Of a stretch of 64,000 nucleotides of DNA, positions 58,514 through 64,000 are shown in pieces. The notes beneath the pieces are model-generated. The model ran no database searches, was not told the DNA's origin, and saw only the letters and a list, made by a program, of their open reading frames with translations. Position numbers and translations under genes: made by a program. Every line of letters starts with the position of its first letter. The first letter of the stretch is position 1. This DNA comes from Eledone cirrhosa (Eukaryota). The stretch covers positions 22,382,001-22,446,000 of the forward strand of contig OZ024748.1 in NCBI GenBank assembly GCA_964016885.1, written 5' to 3'.

Positions 58514-59178
58514 TGGTGGTGGTGGTGGTGGTGGTGGTGGTGGTGGTGGTGGTGGTGGTGGTGGTAGTGGTAGTAGTAGTAGTAAGTAGTAGTAGTGGTA
58601 GTAGTGGTAGTAGTAGTGGTAGTGGTGGTGGTGGTGGTGGTGGTGGTGGTGTGGTGGTGGTGGTGGTGGTGGTGGTAGTAGTAGTAGTGGTAGTAGTAGT
58701 AGTAGTAGTAGTATTAGTGGTAGTAGTAGTAGTGGTACATGTTCCAGATCCTTGGCTAGCATTCAGTTGTCAGATGATTCTAACCGATTCCACACCGTAC
58801 TGGGATTGGCAACACACTCACACATAACACTACACACACACACACACTACACACACACAACACTACACACACACACACACAACACACAACACACACAACA
58901 CTACACACACACACACACACACACAACACACACACAACACTACACACACACACAACACACACATACAACACTACACACACACACAAACACACAACACTAC
59001 ACACACACACACACACAACACTACACACACACAAACACACATACACATACACAACACTACACACACAAACACAACACTACACTACAAAATCAAAATAAAA
59101 TATAAAAAATGTAACACGCATACACATCGATTGGCAACACACATATATACAATAAGGTACACACACACAAACACACAC

Positions 59179-59213
<35 letters not shown>

Positions 59214-59471
59214 CAATAAGGTACACTCATATATGTATATAGAATAAGGCACAGGCATACATATACAATAAGGTTCACACACACACACACACACACTTAT
59301 ATATATATATATACATATAAAAATAAAGTACTCATATACATATAGTGCAAGGTACACACATATACATATAGAATACTGTACATACATATACATATACAAT
59401 AAGGTACGCACATACATATAGAATAATGTACACACATATATATAATGTATAAAGTACAGACATATATATAT

Positions 59472-59843
59472 AATTGTTTTTACTTTTGGCACAAGGCCAG
59501 CAAATACCCGGTACATTACTGGTACTTTATTTTATCGACCCCGTAAGGATGAAAGGCAAAGTTAACCTTCGGCGGGATTTAAACTCAGAATGGAAAGGGC
59601 CGTAACTCTATGCGTCAAAGCATGACGTCAGACCCTCTACCGATAAAAAGGTACAAACACACACATATATATATAGATATAATTGTTTCTTTTCTACTTT
59701 TGGCACAAGGCCAGCAATTACCCAGTGCATTACTGGTACTTTGTTTTATCTACCCCGTAAGGATGAAAGGCAAAGTTAACCTTGGCGAAATTTGAACTCA
59801 GACCGTAAAGGGACGTAACTATGCTGGAAAGCATGGCGCCCGA
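59472..59843 (-). mobile_element. Two S1 SINEs
   Basis: Reverse complement matches at ~59472-59645 and ~59680-59843. Confidence 0.85.
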
Positions 59844-59844
59844 C

Positions 59845-60972
59845 ATATATATAATATAAGCTAGAGACATATATATATAATATAAAGTAGAGACATATAT
59901 ATATATATAGTATAAAGTAGAGACATATAGATATAGTATAAAGTAGAGACATATATATATAGTATAAAGTAGAGACATATATATATATATAGTATAAAGT
60001 AGAGACATATATATATAGTATAAAGTAGAGACATATATATATATAAGTATAAAGTAGAGACATATATATATAGTATAAAGTAGAGACATATATATATAGT
60101 ATAAAGTAGAGACATATATATAGTATAAAGTAGAGACATATATATATATAGTATAAAGTAGAGACATATATATATATAGTATAAAGTAGAGACATATATA
60201 ATATATAGTATAAAGTAGAGACATATATATATAGTATAAAGTAGAGACATATATATATATATTATAAAGTAGAGACATATATATAGTATAAAGTAGAGAC
60301 ATATATATATAGTATAAAGTAGAGACATATATATATCGTATAAAGTAGAGACATATATATATATAGTATAAAGTAGAGACATATATATAGTATAAAGTAG
60401 AGACATATATATATATATATATAGTAAAGTAGAGACATATATATATAGTATAAGTAGAGACATATATATAGTATAAAGTAGAGACATATATATATATAGT
60501 ATAAAGTAGAGACATATATATATAGTATAGAGACATATATATAGTATAAAGTAGAGACATATATATATATAGTATAAAGTAGAGACATATATATATATAG
60601 TATAAAGTAGAGACATATATATATATAGTATAAAGTAGAGACATATATATATAGTATAAAGTAGAGACATATATATATATATATATAGTATAAAGTAGAG
60701 ACATATATTATATAGTATAAAGTAGAGACATATATATATATATAGTATAGTAAGTAGAGACATATATATATATAGTATAAAGTAGAGACATATATATATA
60801 TATAGTATAACAGTATAGAAAATATATAGTTATAAGTATAGATATATATAGATATATAAATAGTATAAGTAGGACACATATATATATATAGTATAAAGTA
60901 GAGACATATATATATATAGTATACAGTAGAGACACATATATATATATTAGTATAAAGTAGAGACATATATAT
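59845..60972. repeat. Minisatellite agtataaagtagagac-(AT)n
   Basis: Fixed 16-bp core with variable AT spacer, roughly 40 units. Confidence 0.92.
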
Positions 60973-61194
60973 AACTAACACCAGCAATGCAATATTCAAT
61001 AACGAATGAGAAGTGAAAGTCAATGAAACGCTACGACAACCTTCACTACAGCACCATTATACCATTAGGTTATTAGATAGACTCACTACATCTCGGAACA
61101 ACTAAACTATAATGGACACATACCATTACATGTTCCATACCATTAACGTTATCACACAACCATAACCATGGCTATACAGCGTCACTGTATAACC

Positions 61195-61235
61195 ATCAAC
61201 ACCACCACAACAACAACAACACCAACGCCAACGCC

Positions 61236-61288
<53 letters not shown>

Positions 61289-62492
61289 CCACATAGCACC
61301 ACCACCATCACCACCACCACCATCACCATCACCACCACCACCTCCATCACCACCATTAACACCACCACCACCATCACCACCATCACCACCACCACCATTA
61401 CCACAAACACCACCACCACCACCACCACCACAAACACCACCACCACAAACACCACCACCACAAACACCACCACCACAACACCAACAACAATACAAACACC
61501 ACCACCACCACCACCACCACCACAAGCAACACCACCACCACCACATGCAACACCACCACCACCACATGCAACACCACTAACAACACAAACACCACCACCA
61601 CCACCACAAACACAACCACCACAACACCAACAAACAACACAAACACCACCACCACAACACCAACAACACCACCACCACCACCACCACCACCACCACCACC
61701 ACACCACCACCACCACCACAACACCACCACCACCACCAACACCACCACCAACACCACCACCACCACCACCACCACCACAACACTAACAACACCACCACCA
61801 ACACCACCACACCACCAACACCACAACACCACTACCAACACTACCAACACCACCACCACCGACACCACCACCAACACCACCACCACCACCACCACCACAA
61901 CCAACACCACAACACCACCACAACACCACCACCAACACCACCACCAACAACACCACCAACACCGCCAACACCACCACCACCACCACAACACCACCACCAC
62001 CACCACCAACACCACCAACACCACCAACACCACACCACCACCAACACCACCAACAACACCACCAACACCACCACCACCACCACCACCAACACCACCAACA
62101 CCACCCACACCACCAACACCACAACACCACCACCACTACTATCACCACCACCACCACCACCACCACCACCAGCAATACCACCACCAACACCACCAACACC
62201 ACCAACACCACCACCACAACACCACCACCACCACCACCAACACCACCAACACCACCAACACCACCAACACCACAACACCACCACCACAACACCACTACCA
62301 TCACCACCACCACCACCACCACCACCACCACCAGCAATACCACCACCAACACCACCACCACCAATACCAGCACAACACCACCACCACCAACACCACCAAC
62401 ACCACCACCACCACCACCACAACAACACCACCAACACCATCAACACCACCACCACCACCACCACCAGCTAACAACAACAATAACAACAACAC
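61195..62492. repeat. (CCA/CAA)n imperfect trinucleotide tract
   Basis: Seen directly. Confidence 0.95.
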
Positions 62493-62892
62493 GCCATGAC
62501 ATCAACACACATGGGTATTGCCATCACACCACCATTAAAACATACCACTGTGAAACGTTACAAGCCCTGTCTTCTCTTCCGCTTTAACTCTCCTGTTAAA
62601 TCAGATAGCAAAAACGGCGACGGTTTAAGTTTGCTTTATGTGTGGTATGATCAAACCCGATGTTTTGAAGAGGGTAGGAGGGAGGCCTACACCACACCCA
62701 CATTTTCCTAGCCACCTCTTCCCCCTACTCACACATAGGTTATAGTCCTGATCACGTGACATGGTACTTTGCGGTAGTCGTTACCATATAAATTACATCT
62801 CAAATTCACCGTGATTTTTGACAGCTATTTTTTTTTTTTTGCTCAGACAGTTTTTGTGTATAGATATGTATATACATACACTACACACACAG

Positions 62893-62923
<31 letters not shown>

Positions 62924-62930
62924 ATTATAT

Positions 62931-63025
<95 letters not shown>

Positions 63026-63043
63026 TTATATATATTATTTATG

Positions 63044-63074
<31 letters not shown>

Positions 63075-63192
63075 ATATATTGTACGTATATATATATATA
63101 TATATATATAGATATATATAGATATACATACATACATATAATATATATGTGTACATATAAATATATATATATTATATATATACACACACATA

Positions 63193-63250
<58 letters not shown>

Positions 63251-63486
63251 GTATATATATATAGATATATATATTAGATATACATACATACATATAATAT
63301 ATGTGTACATATAAATATATATATATATATTATATATATATATATATATAATATATATATATATATATACACTCACACACACAACACATATATATATATA
63401 ATATATATATATCTATATGTATCTATATATATATATGAATATATATCTATATATATATGAATACATACATGTATATATATGTATGC

Positions 63487-63526
<40 letters not shown>

Positions 63527-63935
63527 GCTTGGATTCTAGGTTTATGTAATAAATACATAAAAATGCACTGAATGAAAGACTCTTATACGGTATTTAGACC
63601 CAAAACAATATTAATATTAACCGAGAGTGTAACTTTGATAATTCTGCTGTACAACTGGTTTCTGCTGGTTTGAGAAGCCTGGAGTATCGAAAAAACTATC
63701 ACTCTTTATATATATATATATATATTGACCTGTTTTGCTTGCCTCATCTTTTTGGCTTCTTGGTTGATGCTTCTTGACCGCCATCTCAGTTTGTTTGGCC
63801 TTTATAACCTATGTTTATTGCTCTGGTCTTTATTTGGTCCATGGAGCGCTTGCCAGTATAACTCGGATATTGCGTTTCGCTTTGTTTTCGACCACAGCCG
63901 AAATTCGATCTCGCTGAAATTATATTTTTATATAT

Positions 63936-63970
<35 letters not shown>

Positions 63971-64000
63971 AGTTTTATAGTTATCTGTAATTATAATTAA

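Noticed and set aside
59845-60972. Fixed repeat with variable spacers resembling CRISPR
   Set aside because: Spacers are only (AT)n of varying length, so this is a minisatellite.

Overview
Repeat-saturated, AT-rich animal genomic DNA. The microsatellite density and the dominant tRNA-derived SINE suggest an octopus or other cephalopod, which is an inference. No host protein-coding gene can be supported, and most ORFs in the track are microsatellite translations. The only long real coding sequence is an apparently intact, full-length L1/Tx1-clade LINE (about 16260-22081; ORF1 with a CCHC knuckle, ORF2 APE-RT-zinc finger) sitting in an (ATT)n tract. The window also has RLE-type (R4/Dong-like) and RTE LINE fragments, more than 20 SINE copies, piggyBac-like and pogo-like MITEs, several minisatellites and a 200-N gap. 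Two hidden patterns stand out. (1) At least 8 different short non-coding elements, mostly inserted in (TA)n and often folded back as long inverted repeats, each carry a type I hammerhead-ribozyme-like motif (Penelope-like pLTR/retrozyme architecture), including compensatory U3-A8 core variants. (2) A guild of non-LTR retroelements is each tied to a different microsatellite (ATT, TATC, TAA, CATA) and nests in the tails of other elements. All folds and alignments were made by eye, so boundaries are approximate.
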